Positions 38,059 to 50,500 of a stretch of DNA of 64,000 nucleotides are shown here, one piece after another. This DNA comes from Mytilus trossulus (lineage: Eukaryota): positions 76,198,001 through 76,262,000 of the forward strand of contig NC_086380.1 in assembly GCF_036588685.1 (NCBI RefSeq). Direction: 5' to 3'. The notes under the pieces are model-generated. The model was not told the origin of the DNA. It ran no database searches and was given only the letters and a program-made list of their open reading frames with translations. Position 1 is the stretch's first letter, and every line of letters begins with the position of its first letter. Position numbers and translations under genes: made by a program.

Positions 38059-41000
38059 CGGATCAAATTTTTTTCTATCCCTACTTTATGAAGTCACTTC
38101 TACCGCTGTAATATATCACACCTATGACTTCTTAAGTAGACATCCATTAAAGACGGTTTATAAGGTAGCAGATATTTTGGGTAGTAATAATACATTATGT
38201 TCATGTTCAACATGTTGCTAAAATAAAATCTCTATGGCTGTATGTTATACGTACACATATGCATGTCAATTTCCTAAACCTAAATATATAAAAAAACTAC
38301 AACTTGTTTGAGAGGTTTATAGTAATATTTGACATCTCAAAAACGGAGTAGAAAAATGCAACAAGAAAAACACAATTAAACCGACTACGGACTAAGTTTT
38401 CTTTACTGTAAAAGCAATAATTGTTTCTCTCTGACTATTCATGACGTCTTCATAGTAAATCCATTTAAGACTAAATGTGTTATAATTGATGTTTTAGTAT
38501 ACGTTGGCTGATTTGTTATCATAAGTTATAATTAGCTTTGAACTGGCAGTCAGTAACTGCTATTACTTTTAGATCTATACATTCCGTACTTATTGTCTTT
38601 TTGTTGTAAGGATGTATGAGCAACTTGCCACGTCCACTCTGTTGTTGTTACTTTTGTTTGCTTTGAAGCTATATGTTGGTGAGTTCTGGCTGTTTCAATT
38701 GAATTTGATAATTGCTATATAAATCTAAAGCGATAAATACTCCAACAGTCTGCATAATTAGCAATAGTGTAATAACTTTGCAATGCTATGCAACTCCTTC
38801 TCTATTGACTAAGGTGTTATAATAACCAATTTGGTGTATTATAAAATCTCTTCAACATAACAATCGAATATGTTTAAGATTGTTATCTAAACAAATGTAT
38901 TTTATCTAAAATCTTTAACTGAATTGATTTTTATGTATGTGTTGGTGGTAATCTAACTAGGGCACAGAGTATCAAGTGGTGTTTAATAAACGTCGTACAT
39001 GGAATTTAAATCTTAAGGTAGATATTTACATAGTTTTGTCGTCAAGAAATGTTCATAGCTAATATTCGGTGGAACAGTATTTTAATTGACTGTTTGTTTT
39101 CCAGAAACTATTCTTGTGATCTAGTATAACAAGGTACTGTATTTTAGTTACTTTTGTTTATTTAATTGATTACAGTTTGTATTATAGATATAATAATACT
39201 TTATTTCTTTTTATCTGCTATAGGTTGACATTGGTAAAAACGAAAGTAAATTAAGTGTGAAGTATAATTATTTCCCATCGCCAATTCAGCGTGTCAGTCG
39301 CAAGGAGACAACTTTTGATTTTTAAAAAGTCCTTTGAACATTATATTATATTACCGAAAAGACATTCTTACTATGGTTGTGGCCTGTCATCTACTTCTTG
39401 CATGCATAAATATTTCTCGAATCACACTGTACGAAGTGTGAAGCAAAACGAGATATCAGAATCAACATTAATTTGATTGGTTTAATCAGCATCACAAGAC
39501 GTTATTGCGACATTGCATTTGTCTTTTCGTGAGGTCATTGATGACTTTTAAAGGTTAAGATGATGCACATTTCGACAATGGAAACGGTCGTAGGTGATTT
39601 TTTTTTAAATTAAAAAACATTTGTGCATTTCACCTCACAATCTTCTTTTTGTAAAATGTCATTACATTCTGGATCATACAAATATTCTTTAGATGTCTGA
39701 TGTTTAATTTTGACACCGAAACATGAAAAATTACGTCATACTAGAAGCCGAAGCCTCGTTTATTATTATATTGAAATTAAATAAATCTAGTTAATATTAA
39801 GCGATGGGAACATGATTTTCTTTTGTCAATGTGCAGCAAAGATTATTTTTTTTTATAATTCAGTTTCAAAAGCTTCTAATGACATGGTATCGGTAAATAC
39901 GTACCATAAAAATTGAAATAACAAAAATACCGAACTCCAAGAAACAATTGAATCATAAAGTCCTTACCAAATGTCAGAATTGATCTTTATTTATATGTTG
40001 TCGTTAGATATCTGACTAGGGCACATTGTATCATATTGAATTGTTATATTTAATCGTGATGAATCGAATTTAAATTTTACCATAGAGAGGTTTTGCATTC
40101 ATAATTTTATCTTCAAAAAACCTAAATAACAATTCTAATATGACGTGCTTCTTTCGCTTTGTAAACAACACTGTGGTAAAATTCTCCATATCAGTCCAGT
40201 ATAATTTTTTTTACTAAAAGAGTTATCTTCCCTCAAATTGCTCATTTGAAAACAAATGATACAAAAAGCCCAAAAAAAATAGTTGTTTGAATATTTTGGA
40301 TTATACAATAAATTACCAAGTTTTCTTCATATAATTAAACAGTTTAACTATTTAATTGAAAATCTGTCTCCAAATTTGCAGATTAAGGCAAAAATCTAGA
40401 CCTATTTTTTACTGTAATTGTTCAATCAAAGGTTGCGGTATACCGTGAATCTACGGCAAAATTATAATTTTTACGCAAATTGCAAAAATGGCGACACCGC
40501 CAGCGGAAACCCTGATCTAGTGCCGATGAGACCACTTCTGAATGGTCCTTTGCAGGGCCATAAATATTTTACAAAAAGATTCTACCTTTGTTGTACATAC
40601 GGGACATTGTAAGACATACGTGTATTTTCAAACATCGATTTCTGTCTTGTGTAGGTTACTGAATTCTAAAGTAAGGTGAATGTTTTTCAATGATTAAAAA
40701 GCACCTTCCACTGTTAGTTCGATATAATTAAACAATGTGTGGCCCCTTAGAAGCGATGAATATTCAGAATCATTGGAAGTAAACTGATTTACAAAGTGAG
40801 TAATAACTCTTTCGCCAAAAAAAAAAAGCAAACTTATATAAAATGTATTTAAAGAAAGTATTATTTGAAACCCTTTCGCTTCCATCATTATAGGATTCAC
40901 ACTCGCGGATTCAGTAATTTTTAAAAGGGTGTTAAACAAATCCATGATACTGGTTTTTTATGATAATGTTTCTATAACAAAGTACAACTGTGTATTCATT

Positions 41001-41979
41001 ACAATTACCATAATGTTAAGAAGATAAAGTTATTGTGATATTTTTTGTTCATGGCAAATACTCAAATACTGTATCGCTTTGATTTCCCCCTTTCCTGTTC
41101 CATCGAAAAACCGTACAGCCATAGCCTCAAAGACATTGTTATTTGTACAACGTACTTGGTGCTGTTTTTTTTTTTTTTATATCAGGCGATTCTTATATTT
41201 TTTATACTTTTGCCTGCTTTTTTATAAATTATCATAATATTGAGACAACATTTATAAAGTTTCCCTACAATTTGAAAAAAAAACTCTAATGAAATTTGAA
41301 GTTTTGTCTGGTTGAGTTGTCGTTGTATTGGAATATAATCTACATTTTCAATTTTGCAGTCGTCGGTTATCAAACAGGTTCGATAACGGAAGTTCTGCTT
41401 TGGTAGTTTTAATCAAATATCATTCCGATCCGTTTCTGTGTGTGTCGTATTTTAACGTTGAGTCGTTTGTGTTTTCTCTTATTTTTGAGATATTGAGATG
41501 AGACGTGGCACGGTACTTGTTTATCCCAAATTCATGTATTTGGTTTTGATGTTATTTTCGTGGTGTTTTGTCTGATGCTTGGTCCGTTTCTGTGTGTGTT
41601 GCGTTTCGGTGTTGTGTCGTTGTTCTCCTCTTATATTTAATGCGTTTCCCTCGGTTTAGTTTGTTACCCCGATTCTGCTTTTGTTCATGGATTTATGAGT
41701 TTTAAACAGCGGTATACTACTGTTGCCTTTATTTACAACAAAATTCTGATCTGCTATCAATTAACTGAAAGGTTTTTTTCTTTTTGGTTGAAAACATGCT
41801 TACAAGTTGTTGTAAGATCTAATATGAATAAATGTATATGCACATAATCCCATACAGGATTTGATAAACCTCAACTGTTATAAATACACAAAGGAAAATT
41901 CGGAAAACAAGTAATCTAGGAGAATCTTTTGAGTTAAAGTATATTTAAAACACATTACTTATTTTTCAGACGTTTTCCT

Positions 41980-43638
41980 ATGGCAACAGCTAGTTTCTGT
42001 GATCCTTGCTCTGAAGCTGACAAGTCTTTAACAGCAACAAAATATTGCTCCGACTGTGAAGAAAAACTTTGTACAGACTGTGCTGATTCACATTGCAGAT
42101 TCAAAGCATTCAAATTTCATCATGTTATCGATCTGTCGGCTTTCGGATCAAATAAATTCATTTTTGCGAAGAAAAACTGCAATGTCTATTCAGAAATGAT
42201 ATTGGATTATTACTGCACAGATCATGAGATCGTATGCTGTAGAACCTGCATATCTAATGAGCACAGGCTTTGTCAGAACGTTCTCCCATTGGAACTTGCC
42301 TCGAAAGATGTTAAAAAGTCTGCACTGTTTAACAATGTTATGAAAGACATGACGCATCTTATTACAACATTGAGTGCTTTAGATAATAACAGACAGTCAA
42401 ACTTACAATCAATGGAAGAATCTAAATCAGCAATAAACAAGCAGATCCGAGCAGTGAAATCCAAATTGCTGAAACAAATTGATGAGTTGGAGCGTGAACT
42501 TACAACCAGTTTCTCGTCTCTCCAACGAAAACATGAAATGGAAATCAACCAACAAAAGCAAGAAATATCACACGTCTTGATCGATGTAGAGGAAAAGAAA
42601 AATAAAATGGATTTTTTAAGAGATCATGGATCAAAGAATCAGCTTTTTGTATTCTTGCGACAACAATTAACACATATTAATAGCACCGAAGCTAAGATTC
42701 AACAGATGGTATCCAATTCACAAGAATTCGATATTATCTTTGATGAAAAGAAAGATGGCATGCTTGAATCTCTTGGGTCCCTGATAGAGTATGTCCAACC
42801 TTGTCTAGTTCAATACAAACCACAGAAATGTCAACACCCCCAAATAAAGGCAGAACCGATGAAATACATTATTGGGTTTGAGAAGGATACAGGATTAAAA
42901 CTTGAAATTGGCGAAACATATGCTCTTCGAGATGTAACAGTCACAAACGATAATAAGCTACTTATCACTAATACATCATCATTCGATCCCAAACTCTATG
43001 TTTACAGAGACTGTGAAGATTATGAGACAGAGATAAGATTTTCCTCCGAACCTCATGGTGTTGCTGTGATACCTGGTACGGACAAAGCTGTTATTACCTT
43101 ACCTAACAAGAAGTCTATACAATTCATAAATACTAAAGATATGACAAAGAGCAACACAGTTAAAGTTGGATTTACATGTGTTGGTATCACTGCTGGACGT
43201 GACAGAATTTATGTTGGTGGTGTACATGGTGTAGGCGGTATTATTAAAATATTAGACACCAACGGGTCAATTTTGAAAACAATTAAACAAGAATCTGATT
43301 TTATTTGTTTCATAGGATACGATGGTAGAAAGGAAAAATTGATTGTTAGGTGTCTTGACAAACTCCTTTGTATTAAATTAGATGGAACACTATTATACAG
43401 TAAGGTCATTTCAGGAATATCAGGTATAACACTTGATCGACAGGGCAAGCTCTATTTCTGCGATTACCATGGCAGCAACATTCAAAGAATATCATCAGGT
43501 GGGAAATGCAGTGAAAAAATGCTGAACAAAGACAATAGTATTAACAAAACGTATGGAATGAGTGTTAACAATGACTTCACAAAACTGTTTGTTATGCATA
43601 ATCATTATAAGTGTGTATATAAATGCAAGTACTTGTAA
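41980..43638 (+). CDS. RING-less TRIM-like paralogue 4 (most divergent intact copy), 552 aa
   Basis: Intact ORF with the same architecture. Acceptor AG at 41968-41969, 10 nt before the ATG. B-box2 has CNVY in place of CNVH. 3-aa loop insertion (GGVHGVGG). Confidence 0.88.
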   Translation: MATASFCDPCSEADKSLTATKYCSDCEEKLCTDCADSHCRFKAFKFHHVIDLSAFGSNKFIFAKKNCNVYSEMILDYYCTDHEIVCCRTCISNEHRLCQNVLPLELASKDVKKSALFNNVMKDMTHLITTLSALDNNRQSNLQSMEESKSAINKQIRAVKSKLLKQIDELERELTTSFSSLQRKHEMEINQQKQEISHVLIDVEEKKNKMDFLRDHGSKNQLFVFLRQQLTHINSTEAKIQQMVSNSQEFDIIFDEKKDGMLESLGSLIEYVQPCLVQYKPQKCQHPQIKAEPMKYIIGFEKDTGLKLEIGETYALRDVTVTNDNKLLITNTSSFDPKLYVYRDCEDYETEIRFSSEPHGVAVIPGTDKAVITLPNKKSIQFINTKDMTKSNTVKVGFTCVGITAGRDRIYVGGVHGVGGIIKILDTNGSILKTIKQESDFICFIGYDGRKEKLIVRCLDKLLCIKLDGTLLYSKVISGISGITLDRQGKLYFCDYHGSNIQRISSGGKCSEKMLNKDNSINKTYGMSVNNDFTKLFVMHNHYKCVYKCKYL

Positions 43639-44111
43639 AAACTTGAAAACTTAAATTCGGATTTTTATAAAATTGTGTTATCCATATGTACTTAGTAAAT
43701 ATATCTAGTTTGTATGTTTTTTTTGTACAATTTTAGATTTTCATTTGATGTTTAGAAGAAAATAACAATATAGGTCAAATTCTAATTTAATTATGTCGTC
43801 TGGCATGGCGTTATTTTATAGGAAGGCGTTGCACATTGATACATAGTTCAAAACGTCATGACATAGCAAATCTAAATCTATGTTTGCTGTTTAAAAGTCA
43901 TAAATCGATTGAATGAAAATAAATCCGGGTTACAAACTAAAACCGATCGAAACTCATCAACTATATAAGAGGGAAACAAAGAAACAAGATAACACTGAAG
44001 TGCATTAAAAAAAGCAAGCGACAATTTGAAACACAAATTACAAAGGAAGTACTTACAAGGAGAGCAAAAGAGGAACAGAAAGACATTTGAAATATATATA
44101 TATATATATAC

Positions 44112-44337
44112 GAAAATATTAAAATCACAAAAATACTGAACTCAGAGGAAAATCAATTTGGAAAGTCCATAATCACATGGCAAAATCAAAAAACAAAACG
44201 TATCAAAAACGAATGGACAAGAACTGTCATATTCCGGACTTGGTACAGGCATTTTCAAATGTAGAAAATGGTGGAGTAAACCTGGTTCTATAGCGCTAAC
44301 CCTTTCACTTTAATAATAGTCTCATCAAATTCCGCTT
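44112..44337 (-). mobile_element. SINE-like or PLE-end repeat fragment (also at ~50022-50113 and, reversed, ~9210-9345)
   Basis: aaaatcacaaaaatactgaactc..ggaaaatcaatttggaaagtccataatcacatggcaaaatc. Absent from the homologous flank at ~27940. Confidence 0.65.
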
Positions 44338-45889
44338 CGATAGCAAGTAAAAAGATTTAAGATAAGTGTGCAAAAAAAAAGAAACCCAGTTAAACGCATA
44401 CACACAAAAAGTCAGAAAAAAGGAAGAAAAAAACAAACAAAAAACCCTGAACAATAACAAACAGAGATTGAAATTCCAAACTCTTAAAAAAAAAAGAAAT
44501 ACATTAAAATAACAGTAAAACAGAAATGACAAAAAGGTGTAGATTCAATATATGAAATAAGACAAAAATAAGTAAACAACTCATTTCCGCTCAATATATT
44601 TAAAATCTTACTTTTTTAAAGTAGAAAGTTGAGTGCTCTGGATTATTTTAAAGTATCTGTTGTATGTCAATTTTGGTGTTCACTCTTATATTGTGCATCA
44701 ATAATTTTTCTGTTATCTACACTTATCGAATATGTCAAACAGAAATATTTTATTCTCCGGATTCAATTTCTTGTACATTTGAAAGACCAACAAGACATAT
44801 AAACCTGTATTTTGGTGACACTTAAGCTTATAAATGGATTAGCCAGAGTAAAACGTATACCAAGATCTTGTATTAGCATTGCTTAGCGAAATGACAAGGG
44901 GTCACACGGGATACTCGTAGACTTATTGTATTCCGATGAGCACAAAAAAATGAAAATTAAATTTAATTCAAGTATCTAAAGTTCTTGTATATATTCCTGG
45001 TGTTGAATTTCCTATTATAATTTTCTTGATATAAGGTTGTTGCTCACAAGGAAGCTATTAAATCTAGAGTTCCTAGTGGTGATGACGAAATAATCTCTTC
45101 GTAAATTTAACGGTCGCCAACACGAGTTGGTTGACCGTTACGGAATATCCGTTTCACAGATGATATCGGAGATGTTCCTACTGTTGTTGCTACAATCTCG
45201 TTCCCTTTTCACGAATGTGACCTGCCTTATTGGAATATTTATCGGGTTTGAAATAGCATGAGCTACTCGACGGGTACCCCATGTTGTACAGGGTCGGCTT
45301 AACCTTCCAGAGCACATGATATCACTGAGGTTTGTGTTGCTTTTGTTGTCTTTAGTTTTCTATGCTGTGACTTGTGTACTTTTATTTTTCTGTTTACTTT
45401 TATCATCATGTATTTTTACTATTATATTTCGCCAATTCTGTGTACACAGTTTTGTTTTATGAATCAAAATTCCTATACATAGCAATTTGGTATTGTAAAA
45501 AGTTTCGTACTGTAAAAATAACATGCGAATACATTTAACTGATGCACTTATCCTACAATCATTTATTTGTTTGATTTAATTTTTATCTATGTGTTATCGT
45601 TAGAAATCTACATAGGACACATTATATCACATGTAATATCAAAACGTCATACTTTGAACTTTGATCTTACATTAGGGAGGTTTATCATATGATTGTCTTC
45701 AAAACCATTCATAACAAATATACGGATTTTGTGTGTTTTCTTAAACTGTAACTCCAATATAAAACAACACGGTACAGTTTGTAAGTTACTCTTATTATTC
45801 GCTTTTTATAACGATGTAATTAAGGTTCACATTCTTCAAATTGAATTTAAATTATTTAAAAAACAGTTTTTATTTTGCAAAACTGTTAA

Positions 45890-46252
45890 GGATGTTCGCT
45901 TCACTGTTGAAATAACATGTTTTTTAAAAGACTTTTATACATTGATAATATATAAATAGATAAACTAAAAAGCAGAGGTCTGTGTGCTTGTTTTCAAGAA
46001 ATAAGCCATTGAAAGTTTGGCGGGAAATAATTCTTCATACATTTAAGATTGGCAACTTTTTTGTTCCAAATAGTATGAAAAAATACAAGGATATTTTTTG
46101 CCTTTATTTGACGTATATTTTTTTTTTTATTAATTTAATAAAATAATGAAAAGAAAAGTATGCCTGTTTTGTTTTATTTAATTGCAAACATGGATAAAAT
46201 CAGAGGATCTCGAAAATCTGACAAAAATTCAAATAACAGAGAAGCAAAATCC
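45890..46252. mobile_element. TTAA-targeting (Kolobok-like) MITE
   Basis: TTAA|GGATGTTCGCTTC...GAAGCAAAATCC|TTAA. It interrupts a 5' gene module. Confidence 0.65.
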
Positions 46253-47589
46253 TTAATCAAAACATTTTTTTTTAGTTGAGATGTATATATGTTTTGTTTA
46301 CTTGGTAATCATTAAACTTATATAATATGTTAATAGTCATCAAAGGTACCAGGAGCTCGATGGTATAAATCCGTCTTTATTTTAGATATAGGATTTCGCT
46401 GTTTTTTCTTTTAATGAACTTTATCAAATACTAGATAAGACTAGAAGAAAAACATGGCGTTACCGTTCATATTAGCTCACAATCTGCCTAGCTACGAAAG
46501 GGTTATGCATTTCTGTTAAGGAACTTTGTTTCATTTTGAACTAATAGGAGTTAAGAAGTAATATCGAAATAAAAAAAGAACTTAATTACAGAAATCGTTT
46601 AGTTTATTTGAAAATATGATAATATGGGTCACCGATGAGTTAAATATTTCAGTTTTAATGAAAAGAAATAGTTTTTTGGCTTAAAGGGATACAACTTGTA
46701 GCTTTTGTGTTGATATAAATATTTTAAAACTCAGTTTGGGCTAAACAAAATGATTTTTTGGGTTGATTTCATAAAGTAAAAACTAATAGTGTAATAGATA
46801 TAACTTGTAATGAAAGCATTTTTTACTGATTTTTCTTTTGTTCCCTCAAAACTCTTTAAGTCACGGTATCGAAAGTGCGATTTGTTTGATTGGTCTATCT
46901 CGCTTGTTGCACGTAGATTAAATGCTTTAACTTCCACGAACAATAGGAGATTGCTAACTTCTTAGAAATAGTTAGTGTCTTGTTTAAAATGGACTTACAG
47001 TATGTAATTTATAAAATAAAGCAAGGTTCTTTCAATAAATTTACTGAGTTCATTTATAAAATCGCGACAAAAACCAAAAACACCCATGTACAGGAAAATA
47101 TAAATTGATAGGACGAGAAACACCAATGAACCGCACAAACAAAGGACTATCACTGAGCACCATAAATATAGTTTGTCCAATAATGTATCGCATTGATTTT
47201 CTCCTTTTGTCAGTCCGGATTAACAGCTATGACCTTATGAACATTGGTATTCTTATTTTGTACTTTTTAAAGAGGGTATTTTCAATGTAATCATTTCCCA
47301 TCCAGTGTACAAAGCTTAACTGTATATCCCTTGCGAAAAGGCAATTATATCATTGTTTCGTTTTGTAGATTATCTCTTACTAAAGAATCTTGTATACCAA
47401 CTGTAACATTTCTATATGTTAGGTTGAGTGTGTTATGTAATTGTATAAGGTTTACATGCATGAGTATTTTCACTCATATCCATTTGATACAGTTAGAAAA
47501 CATCAGAGATATTGATTAAGATATATATTTAGATTTCTTTTTTGACTAGTGAGCCCTAATAATTTGCATAAGGTGCCGTAGTAAATTTA

Positions 47590-50500
47590 TGTAAGGTGCA
47601 CGGAACGCTAGGAGCCCGGATTACCGGAGCATTCGAATTTCCGGAGCACCCGGATTTCCGGAGCACGGAATACACGGGGCCCGGCTGCAATAGTAGTTTA
47701 AATTTGTATCCGGACTTGTAGAAGTAGCATAAAAGAGAGAAAGAGCGTGAGTTAAAGGAGGAGAAATAATTTATAGTGAGAAGAGGACAGTTACGTTTGG
47801 AGAATAGAGATGAGAACTGTGTTGTTGAGCCTGAAGTTAGATGTACATTTTGTCATACTTGTAACTTTGTTATAGTCGTGTGATTTTAATAATACATTAT
47901 TGTACTTTTATTCAAATTCGTGTTTATGTTCACTTACAAGACTTCGTTCAGACTGCATTAGGCTCCATTTATTTATTGATGTGACCAGGATTCCCTTAAT
48001 CACGCTACCAAAAGATTATACTTGGCATTTGTCGTCCGTGTACAAGTGAATGGCACGACATGCAACTTATACACCCCAAAACATAGTAGTCCGGCGGCTT
48101 TGTGAAAAATTGTGCACATCCTGTTACAAGTATGAAATTTGGCATAGACCTTCCTCAACTATTACTCTTTTATTTCAGATAGGGAGGCATTTGAAAAAAA
48201 TGTCTCACTTCCGGTAAAATCCAAAATGACGGACGTCATACTTAAATCAGCCCGATATCGAAGGCTAGCGTGTAAAAATGTGTTATTATCATGATATTTG
48301 GTACAAACCTTTGTTTTTTACTACTTTTGGATAAATTAAATAGATAAGGTGTCTTCAGAAACCCCACTTCCGGTTAAAATCCAACATGGCGGACATTGTA
48401 CTTAAATAAGCTTATTTTTTAGGGAGGGTAATTGAAATGTATTTTAACGTATTGCTACTATCATTACAATGTATAGGAACCTTTCTTTGGTGCTTCTGAT
48501 GGCTAGAATGTATAAGACATATTTCTAAAAACCCTTACTTCCGGTAATAACCAAAACGAGGGACATATAAATATCATTTTTTTATTCCGATTTCAACCTT
48601 TTTTCAAAATGTAAAGAAAATTTTATTTTGTGTTGGTCATTAAACTTTTGGCTTTAACCAAAACCACTTATTCTAGCATGTTACAAATGTTTAGATATAA
48701 AGTTGACACTTCCGGTAAAAATATGACGTAAATTGCAAAGCTAAGTCCTCAATGTATTTCTTCGATGAAGAGTTTTGGATAGATTGATTTAAACAAAACA
48801 AAATCACTATAGTATTCAAAAATATTTAAAATTACTACTATTTGACCAAGAATACATTTTTATCCACAGTCACCACCACATGCACACATCGCAGTGCACG
48901 GAATACCCGGTTTTCCACATTAAAAATAACCGCGGCATCCTTTCTTACACCCATAATGTACAAGATTCTGAAAAAATGATGAGGTCTCAGAAAGAGTTTT
49001 TTTTAAGGGACCCTCTTTGTCCCTTCGCGATCCATTAATGACTAGACTAGGTAGCATAAGAGTCAATCCCAAGCTCGTCTTTCTAAACACCTGCATTATT
49101 ATATTGCACGTTTTACATGCTTGAAAAGACTAGGCCAAGTCGTGGGAATAGCCTCACTTATAATGAGCTTTCTTTTTTGTGCAAAAATTGACTTTCTTGC
49201 TTCGTTAATCATGTTAGCTCCATTTGATACAATTGTGCGATCTTACAGTAAAACCCCGGTGCTTAAGGCTGATTAATCATCATTCTTTATGTTAAAGTCA
49301 CATCTTCAATGTCTCCCTCACAGTCTTTTTTTCCTTTTAAAGCAAAGTGAGAACCGTATCACAACCGGTAAAGGTATGGGTTAGAAATAAGTGTGTGTGA
49401 TCACTCATTGCCTAGTGCATTTGAAAGGCCATTGATAGATATTAATCCAAAGATGTTTGCCTCCCCAAACACAATCCATAGTTTGTCTGCCCCTATGTCA
49501 CGGAATAGCGAAAAAGTATTGACAGCATCATCAGTGACTGTTTCGTGTTTCACTGCATCAGACACATGCACCATGATTGAAGTGTCAGTCTCTTTATGTG
49601 AACATGGTGCTACACTTAAAATACATCACGTGGTGGAAAAGATAGAATATCCTGAGCATTTGTTGCTACAACTATCATACTCATCAAAGACTTCATCCAC
49701 TCTTGTTACAGTCTCAATGTATTTTATCAAGGTAAGGACATAATACCTAATCATCATACTCGTTAGGAAACACCTTGAAACTGTAACAACAGTGGATGTA
49801 GTGTTGGATGTAAACATAGACAATACTGGTAGTTTGAAAGCTGCTAAAAGAAGCAAGAGCAATATTTAGGGGAAAGGGAATACACAGACGAATCCAGGAT
49901 TAAAAACATCCTCAAAATTGGCAAAGTTTTCTGAGAGATGACAACAGTAAGAAAGAACTTTTAAGTTTTCATTCACAGCAGCTTGCTCAATACAACTTTG
50001 AGTACAAGGTAGTTGAAGCAAAAAGTAAAATCACAAAAATACTGAACTCAAAGGAAAATCAATTTGGAAAGTCCATAATCACATGGCAAAATCAAAAAAC
50101 AAAACGCATCAACAAATGCTCAGGATGTTCAGTGTTATCCAAAACTTGATGATGTTTCAAGTTTAGCACCATGTTTACACGAAGAGGCTGACACTAGAAT
50201 CAAGATCGATGTGTCTGATGCGATGAAACACAGACTTAAATGAGTCATGACTCAAACAGATACTGATGTCATTGCTGTTTCGCTATTCCGTGACATAGGG
50301 GCAGACAAACTTTGTTTTGCATTTGGAAGGGAAAAGGTATAAGATATATATCAATCGATGACCTTTCAAATGCACTAGGCATTAAAAGATAACACGTTTG
50401 CTGACAAAGGAACTGCGTTGGTGACATTAATGGAGTTTGAAGATGTGACTATAGCATTTAGAATGTTGATTGACCAGCCAACATCACAATATGGATTTGA

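Noticed and set aside
49515-49550. Minus-strand GAAAC...CTGATGA resembling a permuted hammerhead
   Set aside because: No supporting stems. It is the decayed transposase TVDTDVVV-like coding region.
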